DNA of 64,000 bases from Tubiluchus corallicola (lineage: Eukaryota > Animalia > Priapulida). The position numbers were made by a program, and so were the translations under genes. The notes below the pieces were generated by a model. The model worked only from the letters and a program-made list of their open reading frames with translations, was not told the DNA's origin and made no database searches. How positions within the stretch are numbered: the first letter of the stretch is position 1; every line of letters begins with the position of its first letter. The DNA lies in assembly GCA_030141605.1 (NCBI GenBank), contig JAQGDQ010000043.1, positions 434,001 to 498,000 on the forward strand, read 5' to 3'. Below, in pieces: positions 14,152 through 28,959 of the stretch.

Positions 14152-17100
14152 TCATGTTCAGCAGTAATAAGGATAAGTGATATAAAAAAAAATAGCTGTA
14201 GTTTTCTTTTCGTAAATAACATACTCTAAAATAAATAAAAAAGTTTTTCTGGGCATCTGTAAACCTACTGGCGAACTTCAAATTAAAACGTACGTGTTAA
14301 AACTTAGTTCAAAATTATTTCTGTAATTTTTGGGCTCTTCAGACCTGCGCGGAGGCGTATCTTAATTCGCCTAGAAACAGATTGCACCCACTCGCAGAAA
14401 ATAGTTCTCTAAAAAGCTGGTCAGGCTGGTGCACAACGTACTAAACGTGTTTTTGGTACACGGGAAATAAAGTGAAGCCTTAAGGGAGATTATCTGTAAT
14501 TAACTGTTGTATCAAACCTTGTGGAAAGAAAATAAACTCAGAAATGAATGAAGGTGAAGATAATATAAGGTGAACAAAATTTTGTGAGCAAGAGCTGTTT
14601 ATCGTTAATTTGACTTTATTGTTTTTCTGGGTATTGTTCTCGATAATGAAGTGCCGCATTGTTGTTTAAACGAGTAGAATTGTTATTGCTATTATTGTTG
14701 TTATTTACGCCTGTCCCATCACGTCACGACCTGTGTTACAAACTAATTAATTTATACCTAGCTAGGAAATGCCCGTATGTCATAATCTTGCTATGGTCGT
14801 GATAGTAATTGAATATGACTCGTTTTAACCTTTGCAATTCAAGCAATAAAGCGTATCCATCATGCGCATGCGTAGGCGTGTGGGCATTATTTTGTATTGT
14901 ATGAGTATTGTATTGTATTGTATTGTAATCAGAGATAATAGTTATAACTATTATAAATTGTTAGAGAAAAACCGGGGGCAGTTTTTTGTAACGATATTCA
15001 GAGACAAAATTGCTTTTGAAAAAAACTTATATAATTTCGGACGCCCACAGCCAAGGCTGGCAGTACGGCACTGTACGAAAAAATCCCTTACATTACCTGC
15101 AAAACCGAATCGCACCCTACTAGTACGATAAAATATCGCACCGTAATTCCGTACCGAATTTCGCATTAAGTGCATGTAGGATGTGCTACAAAATGGTAAA
15201 GCGTGACATAAAGGTTAATTATAAAAACGATAACTTTATCCATTATTGTTATGAATGTATGCATACTATAAAAACAGAACTGCTGTTTGAACTTCCATAC
15301 TATTTATTATGAGTTGCAAAAGTTACACGAAATTATACACGAGATATAAATTTAGTTTAAGCTACGTTTTCTTAATTCATAATTTTGTGGCAGACACGCT
15401 GAGTTACGGTCATTTACTAAATTTTACTGATTGTTTTAAATTATGTGCTCACTAGTGACAAATTTTTAATAATGAATCAAATTTAATGTCTTGCCTAAAA
15501 CACTTGTAACTATACCACGCAAGCTACAGAGGTTAACGACTCATCATGCTGATTTGCTGACCAACAAAAATGTTAGAAGAAAAAGTTAGAGTAAAATGGT
15601 ACGGAAAAGGTACGAAAAAATACCGCTATTTGCACACAGCTGCATAAGAACTTGACTACACAAACACGGTCTAAGCTTATTAGTAATAGTTTATGCGTTA
15701 GGACTTATAACAGGTTAGATCTGGCAATTTTTTAAGAAGCGTAATTTAATATGAACAGCAAACTTAAATGCCGCACACATGCATCTCAGCACGTCAACGC
15801 AGAGGTAGTCTGGGCAGACAAGAATCAAGCATACAACCAGATTAGAGAAAAGCGTGGCGAGCACAAGGGCAGAAATATCGTGCTTATTAAAACTTTCAGT
15901 TCAGCGCTTCAAAAGCTGACTTTTTTCCAGGATTATCAGCTGCTCAATTAGGTGACTATGGGAATAGTTGTATTATTTTCTTAATTTTAAATAATAAATG
16001 TTCATACTGCTAGACCCTCAAGCCCAAATATACTGTGCTATTTAACTGTAGTAGGCAGAACACCATAATTGTACAAGCCATCCACGTAACAAAACAATAG
16101 GAATGGTTAGCCATTAATAAATGTTGACTTTTGTACAAGTTACAGGCTGCTTTAAATGAATTAAGAAATAATGATACCTGTGTATAGCATCTTAAATTAT
16201 GTGTTAGCAAAACGCAATGCTGTCAATAAACCGCTAAACTGGTAAAGTGTGAAATTCGAAACAACAGAACATAGTCATTAACCACAGCTAAAATTCAAGG
16301 CGTTGCGTTGGATGCATCAGGTAAATGGGCCTGAAACATTCGCGAAAATATAGGCGAACCGTTTGACAGTTAAGTCAGTTATTTAAATAATACTACAGTG
16401 TTTTCGTCATTTTGTAAAAACGGGCATCACTGAACGTCCAATAGATAAACACTGAACTTTGCCCAAACCGCAAGCAAACAGCTGATGAACAGTGTGATTC
16501 TGAATCACCACCCCCGCATAGATCAACAAGAATATCTGAAACTTTGTTGGTTCAACTGGTTTAAAAGTGGGCCACGCCTCAGTAACTATTCAGGATCTAG
16601 TTTTGCTCAAACCACCGCAGTTCAGAACTTTTCTTAGTCATCACGATAATTGTGTTTTCTCGAGTTAAATGTTGGCCTGCTTTTTTTCACGTTGAACCAT
16701 TAGAGATTGTAAAATTGTATTTTAACGCGACACCGCCCTAGACATATAAAGATGATTGTAAACCGAAAATTTAGCTGATAAATATGCTACTATTGCACAC
16801 TCATTACTTCATTATGAGATCAGTATTTTATTATGAAATTAAATACACTTCTGCGATCTTGTTGTTCCGTTTGAATTTGAGAAGCCTTGAAGGTTTAGGG
16901 CATTTTTCATATTTTATAAACTCAACTCCAAAATGATGGAATAAACTTATGATTAAAAAGCCTTTTAAACACTACTTTAAAAAGAAGGAAATATCTTTAT
17001 TATTAAATTATAAACGGGCAGGCAGGCAAACAGACAGATAAACAGAGAGACCAACAATTCCATGGTTGCTCATTTTGTAGGTGCAACTACATATAATAAA

Positions 17101-17230
17101 AATGTGCCACAAGAACGCAACATTTTTATATCGATGTATTTTTTTTTATTTTTTATAGTTGAAGCATTTATATTATTTTATATTATATTTTAAGGGTTAT
17201 TTATATAACAATAAGACCTTAAAAGATTTA

Positions 17231-17763
<533 letters not shown>

Positions 17764-18885
17764 TCTACATATCTGCGCATATCGCACTGCGCAGTGATGA
17801 CGCTTCACCCAGGTCTAGTGGGATGCGGAATAATAATGTTGCACCGGTACTAGTGGGCAGTTAATGACTAGGGATTAGGTTAAGTCTAAAATTACGACGA
17901 CACGTGCAATAAACGCACAAAGAAAGTTTTTTACAAAGGACAAGATGGGATCTAGGCTATAAATTATATGACTCATGGAGTCAGAGATACTTTTTACAAG
18001 AAGCTGGTGCTTAAAAGCAAAAGAAAACTACTGCTAAGCAAAACTAAAAATCTCAAAAAATATTTCAAATACTAAATTAATTAGCAAGTGGCAAACATTT
18101 TTAGTTTCGTTAGTTTAACACGTTTTGCTTTATTAGATTTGAATTTGTAAATTAGTTTTTATTTGGTCATGACAATATTACGATACTAAAATGAGAGTTT
18201 CATACAAAGTTATATTGAGAACTTATTTGAGTAAAAAGTTTTTGGTTTTGAAACAGTAGAGACAAACTTTATGTTTTATAGTATCTCTTAAAAAGACATT
18301 GAGTAAAAATTAGTGAAGAACTGTCTCCACTAATTATAACTAGCCTAACGCTTGTTATAACATCAAGAAAACCGATGATTCTATGGTAAATGTTGAATTA
18401 AGTTTCATTTAACATTTTCACAAAAGCTCATGTTCTTTACAGTGCGCGCGCAACAGCTGTTTCTAGGAAAATCCCACACGAGCATCATCACCTGAGCTAT
18501 TATCTCAGCGGCAACGTTTATTAAAATGCACAATCTTTCATAAATCACCGTGGAAATATCACGCACTTCAAGTAACAACCAGCTCGTCTTCTACTGTTTG
18601 TTAGACAACTAATGGACGTGCAGTGTAACTCTTTGTCACTGGCTATTTGCTGAAATTTGTTACTAAATTTGCACTTCCTCGGTATTGGTGTTCATGTTGA
18701 CTGATAATAACGTTTTTAATTAAAGTTTAATAGACTGTGACAAAAGACATTCATCAATTAAAATTCTTTTGTTTTTTATTTGGAACATACTTTTTATACC
18801 TACCTCGTGCACTTGTTTGATTGGTAACGTCAGTAACTCGTTTTTGGTTTACAGTATGTTCTTTAACTACGTTTCAAGTAAAACT

Positions 18886-18886
<1 letters not shown>

Positions 18887-18972
<86 letters not shown>
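18887..18972. repeat. (CT)n microsatellite
   Basis: Direct observation. Confidence 0.97.
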
Positions 18973-19319
18973 GCCGTCTCACCCTCACTATTTCTCTTTA
19001 CATTATCGTTGCTCTCACTTCCGTATCTCCGTCTAGCAGTAGTAAGCAGCTGATGAAATGGCTACTTTATTCGCCTTTAATATTAACCAGATTCTAAAAG
19101 TTTAATGTTAGTGAAATACAACAGGAACGTTCGCAAAGCCATCTGGTGCTCATAGAATGCACGAAATTTTGTAAATTACAGCAGAATTATTCAAGAATAT
19201 ATTCAGCAAGAATAAATGATACTAACATTTCAATAACATCCTTTCTAATCTCAGAGAAGATTACTTAAATTGATTAACTACGAGTAATGAGTTCGTGCGT
19301 GAGGCTTGCCTGAATGTAG

Positions 19320-19660
19320 GAAAGTTCTGGTACAAGTAAGTTTGGTGCTGGTAATTATGGTATGAGAAAATTTTGGTACCGGGAAAATTTGGTACTTGAA
19401 AATTTGGTACTAAACGTAAACGAGAGCATTTCTATATCTCAGTATAAAAGAATTGTTTCAACTAGAACACTAGATGATGATGAAGAAGAAGATGATGATG
19501 ATGACGATGACGATGACAACGACAACGACGACGACGATGATGATGGTGGTGGTGGTGGTAATTTTGGTACGAGGAAATTTTGTTACCGGGAAAACTGGTA
19601 CAGGTGGTGGTGGTGGTGGTGGTGGTGGTAATGATGATGATAATGATGATGATAATGATG
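19320..19660. repeat. Compound repeat: AAATTTTGGTAC-type short units plus (GAT/GAC/GGT)n
   Basis: Repeated aaa(t)tttggtac units at 19320-19410 and 19557-19600, interleaved with GAT/GAC/GGT tracts. Confidence 0.85.
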
Positions 19661-19999
19661 CGTAATGCAAAGTAATATAACTTTGTATGGAACTTTTTTG
19701 GGATATACTTTAAAATTCCATTTTCCCCTTTAAGCTTTTTTGGATAGGAGTTTTGCGGTATTTATTATTTTGCTTTCGCAATTAAATTCCAGAACCAGAT
19801 TTTGTGTGTACATTCGTGTGCAGTCGTAATTTTTTCTCTTAGTGAACTGCTTTATTTATAGAAAAAGTTAGTTGCGAGCTTGTATGCATTTTGGCTTTGA
19901 GTGGCTCGCCTCTGTTCGTACCTTTTGCGCTAAGGAAGGTTTTGGGGGTAATGATTCATGTGCTGGTTGGCAGGTGTCTCTAGCGTAACTAATCATCTA

Positions 20000-20205
20000 G
20001 TACTACTGAATCTCCCAGGCCATGAGTTTTCTCCTTGGTTGACGATGTGGTAAATGATCGATTCACGATCGCGATAACCTTACTATCATTGTGATGTAAA
20101 CATAGGAAAACTTCACGCTGAAAAATTGTGAGTAAACTAGGATTTGAACCCAGAACATGTGCTTTCATAGTTCCATGTGGCAAAGCTAGAATGAGATCTC
20201 GCCAT
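20000..20205 (-). mobile_element. tRNA-derived SINE-like remnant
   Basis: Minus strand has B-box GGTTCAAATCC at about 20140-20150 downstream of a degenerate tRNA-like 5' part; no intact cloverleaf. Confidence 0.4.
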
Positions 20206-21706
20206 ATAATAGCAACACACACACACACGCATACTTAAAAAAATTGCTACTTCAAAACTGATTGTCATTTTTTGTTATGATGTGTGACGTAACACTGAGT
20301 CTCATAAATTATTGCTGCCTTGATTATTGACATTGTTGAACTGTCTATTGATAATAATTTGTGTCTGATGACTAAAAATTAAATTTAGAAAAAGAAAAAG
20401 ATAGTGTAAAATTAAATAGGAACTTATAGTTCGGTACTGTAGTTCGGTTATTGTTCTTTTTAATCACAAATTATTTGTTCTTTCATGTTTTGGTTAATTG
20501 CTTAGGCAAACGAAATAATTTAATAGTAAAATTTTGCTTTTTTAATGTATGTGTGTATTGTCTGCATACCAGAATATTTTAATTTGATCTCACCGTAAAT
20601 ATAACTAGTAAATGGTTCCAAATCAAGTTGTAGAAAGAGATTTGTCCAAACTTATTTAAATTATATCTAAAATACACTAAAATTGATAATTGATAAACCG
20701 TAAGTCATTGCATTACGTAAAACCAAATAAATTTCATTGCATGTATTATGCTACAGTTACAAAAAATTGCTTACTTACTTAATCGATCTTAAAGGCGCTA
20801 AATTTAGTGGTTTTTAAATATTGAACTGTTATTAAAGTGCGACATTATTTGATATAACACTAAGTTAATGTTACACATTAATTTATAAGCTGTCAAAGCG
20901 TGTATAGAGACAGGTATAGTCAAACAAAGTTTTTAGGTTATAGGTTGCTTGGCAATGTTTGCATAATTATGTATATGAAAGGCTTGACAGGAAAAGAGGC
21001 GTCTGTAGTATTTACAAAATGATACACCATTTATTTGTTAAACTACTTGGCGATGTTACTTCAGTATTATACATTTCTAGGAATTGTCTTGTTTATAATC
21101 TCGTGCCGCGATGTTTTTGTCATAACATTTATAGTATTTTAAGTAATCAGACACATCGAGTAGGCTTAATCAAGGAGAAAAAGAAACAGAGAAACTTCGG
21201 TTAAAATATCTATCTATTTTAGCAGTTTGAAATTAGTGCATCACGTAATGAGGTTTTCAACTTAAATCTTTGACGTTTGTTGTCCCTTCATGATATGGTC
21301 ACAATTTTGGCGAACCAAACGTTTTTACCTCCTTAACAGAGCTTGCCCAGCGCTTTTGTCAAACATCTATCATCAAAAATAATGGTTATCAGCTTTCATT
21401 ATTTCCTCCTTGAAATGATTGTTCAATCTGCGGTATTTCAGTCATATACCTAGAAAAATGCTTCTAACTTTTGAATAGTTTGACTGACTAGTCTGGCAGT
21501 CCAGTTGATTGACTGACTGATTGACCGACTAACTAACTAACTGGCTAAATGAGTGAGTGAGTGACAAACTGACTGATTTAATTTAAGTTAATATTAATTT
21601 TTATTTCAACCAGCGATTATAATATAAATATTTACAACGACAAACATACAATGGAAAGGATATAAATGGCAAACAAAATCAGAAATTACAAAAATCGTAG
21701 TTATAG

Positions 21707-22323
<617 letters not shown>

Positions 22324-23374
22324 TGACTCCAATCACTGAAAGTCTTATCAATAATTTAAAGTTACATAACAAGCTACAAAACGGGCTTTGTTCTAACGGG
22401 AGGAAGTAAATCTGGCGTCACTGATTAATTTTGCCCTCGGTTTTTGCGATGTAAAATAAACATTAGATGCACGGTAATTGAGATTAAATGCTCGCTAGTG
22501 TGTAATAATCTTTGCTTAGGATCATTGTAAATATAATGGCTGCACAGACACCATTACTTTTTGAAAACCTTTGTTTGGAAACTTAGCATTATCTCATTAT
22601 GGGCCAATTTAGCAACAGGTGACACTGCAAAACACTCCGTTAATAAACTATATACAAGGAATCATTGAAAATGGGGAAATAATAGAAGACAGGGTAGCGC
22701 TAAAATGACCGCACTTATTGAACTCGGAGAAACACTAAAGAAGAAGCCTTCTTCTTCATTCTTTCAAAAAATGTTTTGTGCTGCTATAAAATAAAAAGTT
22801 TTGCAGTTTTTTTAGCATAATAAAAAGTTCTTTGGAGTAGAGGTTACCTGTTGCACCTTGGTCCTGAGGCAGACCTATCTAGTGATTCTTCATGAGCATC
22901 CACGCATCCAATCTGCTATTATCTGGGACACTACAAATTACCGCCAAGATATTATTCAGTAGCAATTTAGACGAATATGAACAGTCGTTTAACCGACAAG
23001 CGATGATTAAGCAGGTAGACACAGGTTGTAAATGTGGGGCCTAGCCGGGTTATTGTTCTTTATTCTGTAACACCTGCCGATATGGGTTAGTAATCAGCAT
23101 AATTTACAAGCGAAATCGTATTAAAGTCAGGGACATCGAGGTACGAGCAATCATAATGATATGCACGAGTTAATAACGTAAACCTTGTCGCTTCACTTCG
23201 TGCTTCTGTAATAACAATCAGTTTGCTTCACTTTTTTCTGCAACAAGGACATTCAAGTCATCTACCAAGCCTTTGCTTACGATCTTAAAAAATAAACGTA
23301 AGAAACAAACATAGGTAAAATGACGCAAGAAAAAAAGGCACGATTGGAAAGTAGGAAAAATGGGCACAAATGTA

Positions 23375-26245
23375 AAACTAAGATGCATTCAGTAGGAAGC
23401 AGACCTCCACCAAAGCTGAACATTCTTAGACGTGTTAGTTTGATTTTTTTATAGGAAAAACATAAATTAAAGATGAACAGACAAACATACGAAAATATAC
23501 CTATTTAAATAATTAATTAAGTCCTATAGTGTTTTCCTTATAAGATTCATGTGTCTGTTAAATACTAATAATACTAATAGTCTAAACAGGTGTTTTTGCT
23601 AGGTGGTTTTAACTTAAATCTTTCCACCCATTGCGATACAAAAATCTCCTAAGATAATATGCTAGCCAAAATACTTGTGTTCGCTTATCACCAGGCCTAC
23701 CATAATAACTGATATATCTGCAACTCTCATTGATAATATATATTTTCTAATGTCATCGATTCAGAACATAAATGTGGCAGCTTACCACTAACATATCTGA
23801 TTAATTACCAATCTTTGATCTGTTTAACCTTAATTTGTCGGCTTTAAATAAATCTGCCTTTACAAAATATCCTTATAATGGCAACATCAATTTGAATTTA
23901 ATTATTGACTTGAATAGTAACGACTGGAATGACATCTTAGCGTGCACGTTAGTGACGCAACAAAATTTTTCTAGACCAGTTTCTTGGTGCTTACATTTCA
24001 CATGTTAAACCAAAACATACTGACATTAATTTATCTAAAATAAAAAAGCCATGGTTAATAATACTACAGTGGCAAATTCATGTAATGAAGATTTTGTAAA
24101 TATTGGTCCCAACACGGCTGAACAAATCGAGCAGGTTGATACTAACTACAAGTCAGTTCTTGAAAGCAGGATATATTAATTCGTTTTATTCAACCTGTTA
24201 TGCCTGACCAAGTAATAAATATTTGCGAAAAATCAAATTGCAAGACAAGCTTATATATATATATAATTTTAGATGAAGTGTTTATATATATATATATATA
24301 TAACACTTCATCTAAAATTATGTCTGATATAATTCACACCATATCAGTTCCTCTATGTCATATGATCAACCTCTTGCTTACTTGTAGAATCTTTCCAAAT
24401 AACCTAAAACAATCAATTGTCATTCCTTTATTCAAATCAGTGAAGCCACTGATATGAACAACTACCGGCCGATTTCCCTTCTCCCTACTTTTTCAAAACT
24501 ATTTGAACGATGTGCACATAATCAACTAGAAGTTCATTTAAATAAATATAACATATTAAATCCCAAACAATTTGGCTTTTGTAAAGGTTGCTAAACTGAT
24601 GTGGCTTTAATAAGTCTTTGCAGTAAAAGGTTTAAGAGTAATTAATTGGCACTTAATTCTAGTGAAGCAAAATGTATCAATTTTCGATCTAAAAAGTAAA
24701 CCTATTCCTCCAAGTAGTACACTTTTCATTGATGATGAACCAATTGAATTAATTAAAGAGACTTGGTATCATCCTTCATACCTGGGCTCCGCACATTAAC
24801 TTGTTTTGTCTTAAAATATCAAAAAATGTTGGTATTATTTCCCACATCAGGCACAGTCTTTCGCTGGTTCATGTCATAACGCTCTGCCCTATTTAAATTT
24901 TGCTTGTATTCTTTGGGGCTCCACTTACCTCTCAAATTTAAATCCACTTCATACACTGCAACGAAAATTCTTGTGTAATTTTTACGATCTTTCTAAATTT
25001 TCTACAATTTCTAAACAACACTTTAAAGATAGCAAACAATTAACAATTGATGATCTTTATTAAGTACAATTTTGCGGCATTTATGCACAAAACCCACTTT
25101 AATTTATTTCCGCATTTTTTTATAAATCCTGTAAGCAAAAACGTCGAACATCATAATACTAGGCATAATGAATATTATGTCAGATATTATAGAACCAACG
25201 TTGCTAAATATTTTATTTCTTTTGTAGGTACCAATGTTTGGAATTCTATCTCTTGTAATATCAGAACAGTATCACGTCTACCTAAATTCAAGAACGGGAT
25301 GAAAACATATCGCTTAAATACGTATTAGGTGGATTTGGTCCTCAACTGTTCTTTCCATATTGCGTTCACCACGTTGGTTGCCATTCACAGTCCGTCCCTG
25401 TATACATGAATGATTTATTCTCATAATTTTCTTTCATTTTTTTTATAATTTTCAGCTCTTGTCTCTTCTACTTACTTTACTTACTTACACCTTAATTTTA
25501 CCGTCATGTCATCTCTTTTCAATGCGCACGTCTTTTATCTTGCGCATTGAAAATTGACAACACACCATGCATAGCAGTTGGGCTTTCCAAGTTTTACCTT
25601 TTAGCTCAGCTACGTATCGTTTGTTCACTGATTGATTGCTCACTTGATAAGATTTGTAGTAATTCTGTAATTGTAATTGCATGTAATATATCTTCGTATG
25701 TAATTTGCAATGGTGATTTTGTCTAATAAACTAAAAAATGTTATGTAGACTAGCGAAATAACGCCAAAATATTTTGTTCATAAAAATTAATTTTAATCTA
25801 CAATGCACGAAAGTGTTGCTTAGTGTTTATCTACAACTGTCTGACCATTTTGACATTGATAATATAGACTGACATACCGTTAGTGAAGTTTGACTGATAA
25901 AGCTATACCAAACAAAGGTTATAGGCAGCGTCACATGGTTTTCCAAGCAAGAATTCCTTGAAATTGAACGTGGTAGGCTGGAACTAACTCATAAACATTT
26001 GTAATGGCGGGGTCCTTACGCTGTGTTGTAGTCAAATTCCTCCTCTTTCCGAAGAGCTTTAAAGTTTTCTGTGAGACCGCCTCTAAGCACCACGCGACGC
26101 GACGCATTTTTACATGATGTTTTAACAACTTGTGAGAAAAACTTTCTGACAAAGGTAATCATAACCATCGTAACTCATGAAGTGATAACTAACAAGCGAA
26201 TAAACAAACGGCGTTGGAAATAGAACCTCCTTGACAGAGGCAAAA
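23375..26245 (+). mobile_element. Helentron-associated non-autonomous (HINE/DINE-like) element, interrupted by a LINE
   Basis: 5' subterminal agacctccaccaa (23401) and 3' aacaaacggcg...aacctccttgacagaggcaaaa hairpin (26224-26245). Family assignment is from recalled terminal structure. Confidence 0.5.
23590..25740 (+). mobile_element. Heavily degenerate LINE (CR1/L2-like): endonuclease, RT and 3' UTR
   Basis: Fragmentary motifs GGFNLNL, PTIITDISATLIDNIYFSN, KKPW, F.NIGP, FPNNLKQSIVIPLFK, NYRPISLLPTFSKLFE, QFGF, G.NVWNSI. Ends with aataaactaaaaaa. Confidence 0.88.
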
Positions 26246-28530
26246 ATAGTTAAAATAAATATCACCACAGCTACGTACCCTTACCCTAATTTACATTCTT
26301 GAAAGTGTGTGATTTTTCCTACTTTTTCGTTTGTGTCAATTTTTCCCGTGCCATTTTTACGTGTGCCATTTTTGCCCATGTCAATTTTACCTTGCACCCA
26401 AACATACCATTGGCAATTGTAAATCGTAGCCTCTAAGTATTTAACTATCTTTACTATGTTATTTAATTGATTAATTAATTAATTAGCTGTGCTGCTAAAA
26501 CTCGGAGCATGCTATCAACGTCTGAATTCAGTAGAAGTACTTTACTGGCCCGTACTTGGAATATCCTTCATTTGTTTGTGATTAGTTTAAGTACAGTTTG
26601 ACTCAGACAACTATACACAGCTCATGACAGTTCTTCATATTGCAGGATTTTTCACGAGAATATTTATTAGTTGCGCGATATTCTAAATTTTGATGCAGAA
26701 TTTTGATAACTTTGATAATTAACAAAAATTAAAAAGCATCATCATCATCTCCACCTGTGCATATGGCGTAGGACAAGCTGAATTTCTCACCTTATATTAC
26801 AGATGCAGAAACCTTAAAAATTAAAACTAAATTATTAAAGCTCTTTCCCATAAGTTGAGCTGCGGGTTCAAATCAAGTCCTACACAGGGCGCATTTTTCT
26901 CTTTTAGAAAACCGGACCCAATCTTAAACTATAGCTCAAAATAATCTACTCTGCCAGAGAATCAAAATTTCGTTTTCGAGCGACTAGTTCCTTGCTGTTA
27001 CATGCAATGCGCTACTTAGATAGACACTGGCGCTTGCATCTTGGAAACACTTTGCACAGGAAATAGGTGCTGTACCTCTCAGTTCAGTTGTGAAGTAGTG
27101 CGCATGTTCGACAGCTTATGCGCGAGCTTAGCAATGACATGAAATTTACATTTTACCAAGTTTTTGTGTATCACACTGATTGTTGTACAGCAACACTGTA
27201 CCTCAATTTTAACTTTTGCATACACGTGTAGCAGAAATGTTTTTGCTGTTGAATGTTATGTTCAGTTGCGACTATTAAGTAGCCGCGCTTGTCCGCCGTT
27301 AAATAAGCTTTTAACCGATTACTTAATTATCAGAAAAGCTTTGGCATTATTATAGGTGTTGGTAAAATGTATATTTTTACCGTACGTTAAATGAGGTATG
27401 AAATAAAATGAAAAATTTTGAAATTCATATGATATGAAAAAAATAATCCTGTTTTCCTTTAAAGATAGAATGTTGACACTTTGTGCTCTGTAGATATAAG
27501 TGCAGTAGCTGCAACGCAACATATATTGGCAAGACACCTTTTTGTAAGAGTGTGTGAATATATTGCACCAGCCGAAAGTAATATTGTATAAAATTTCTGG
27601 TGACGAATCATCTGTATAGCTTTGTAATATTTCATGTTCTTTTAAATTTAATGTTTTAACTTGAACTATTATAATTTGCACCAGAAGCACCTGCCATTAA
27701 GCAGTGTAGGTTTTAACCATTGTCGCTGAAGTGTGAATTTGCGAAAGTTTTGCCATTTTTATCTGGTTTTAAATTGACAAATAAAGATTTAATCGGTACA
27801 TACATACTAATGATGCGATTACCGCGTTGCCATGGTACCTATTGACAGCAATCAAAAGGAGTCACCAAACCAAAATTAACAGTGAAAGTCGTTTTTAGTT
27901 TTCGCGTATCTTATTATAAGTTTTTAATTGTAAGTGCAATTTAATGTTTCGTAGAGACTTGACCCAGTCTCTGCGTCTAGCTACTGGAGGTATTATAGGT
28001 GTGCGACACTGTGTCCTATGTGTCTAAACCTAATCCTCAGAATTTTCTCCAAATCCAGATAAAATGCAGGCAAACATACCTGCACCTGATAGGTGGCAAT
28101 TTGTTTTAATTCTTTAGCTGCTTTCACCTGTCGGCTTTGATCATGATCACTATCATCTCTGCCACACGCTTTTTCCTGGATTACATATATTAAGTAAGTT
28201 GAAGAATGTTAATGCGATCATAAAACAGCGTGACGCACTTCAAAAGTTAACTTGTTATGTTCAATGATTGCTACTTGGTGTTGATGATCATCGTCTGACT
28301 TTGTTTAGACCAGAATAATAGCTGAATTTTAAATTGCCCGGTTTAAGTGATCTACTAAGATGAAAAACTCTGGAGACAGAAATTTAATAAAGTCAGGAAT
28401 CCAGCTTCTCTTTAAATAAATTGCAGAATGTTAGTCTTCAGAAAGTTAAATATTTTAAAATTTAACGTTGCCCACGGTAACAATTACCATTTTTGATTTA
28501 CCCTTTATTTCTTCCACTTCTCTGACCCCC

Positions 28531-28658
<128 letters not shown>

Positions 28659-28959
28659 ACTGTTGGTTGCGTAGTTGGATGTCTCAGTAAAGTACTCGCA
28701 TTTTCTAGCTTTTTTTATTTGCAAAAATCGAACTTCTCTGATAACGACTTATACGCATCGTGCGTGCGTATAAAGCGATAAGGAATGTGATTACAATCAT
28801 ATTTTAGGACACTGAATAACACTATTGTGAATATTAGATGAAAAACATTCTTGTGAAATTTTTTTAACATACGTTTGGTTTGTTTGACAAGGTTGGTTTT
28901 GGAAATTTAAAACATTCTTGACTGGCAATCACTATATATTGTCGCGACAATTGGGTTAT

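Larger units (their letters stand above)
23313..26399. mobile_element. Non-autonomous TIR element with subterminal repeats (outer layer of a nested cluster)
   Basis: Left aggtaaaatgac...aaagtaggaaaaat and right atttttcctacttt...gtcaattttacct are inverted copies, with repeated (g)tgccattttt units. Confidence 0.55.

Noticed and set aside
19362-19670. Poly-D/G/W/P ORFs
   Set aside because: GAT/GAC/GGT microsatellites.
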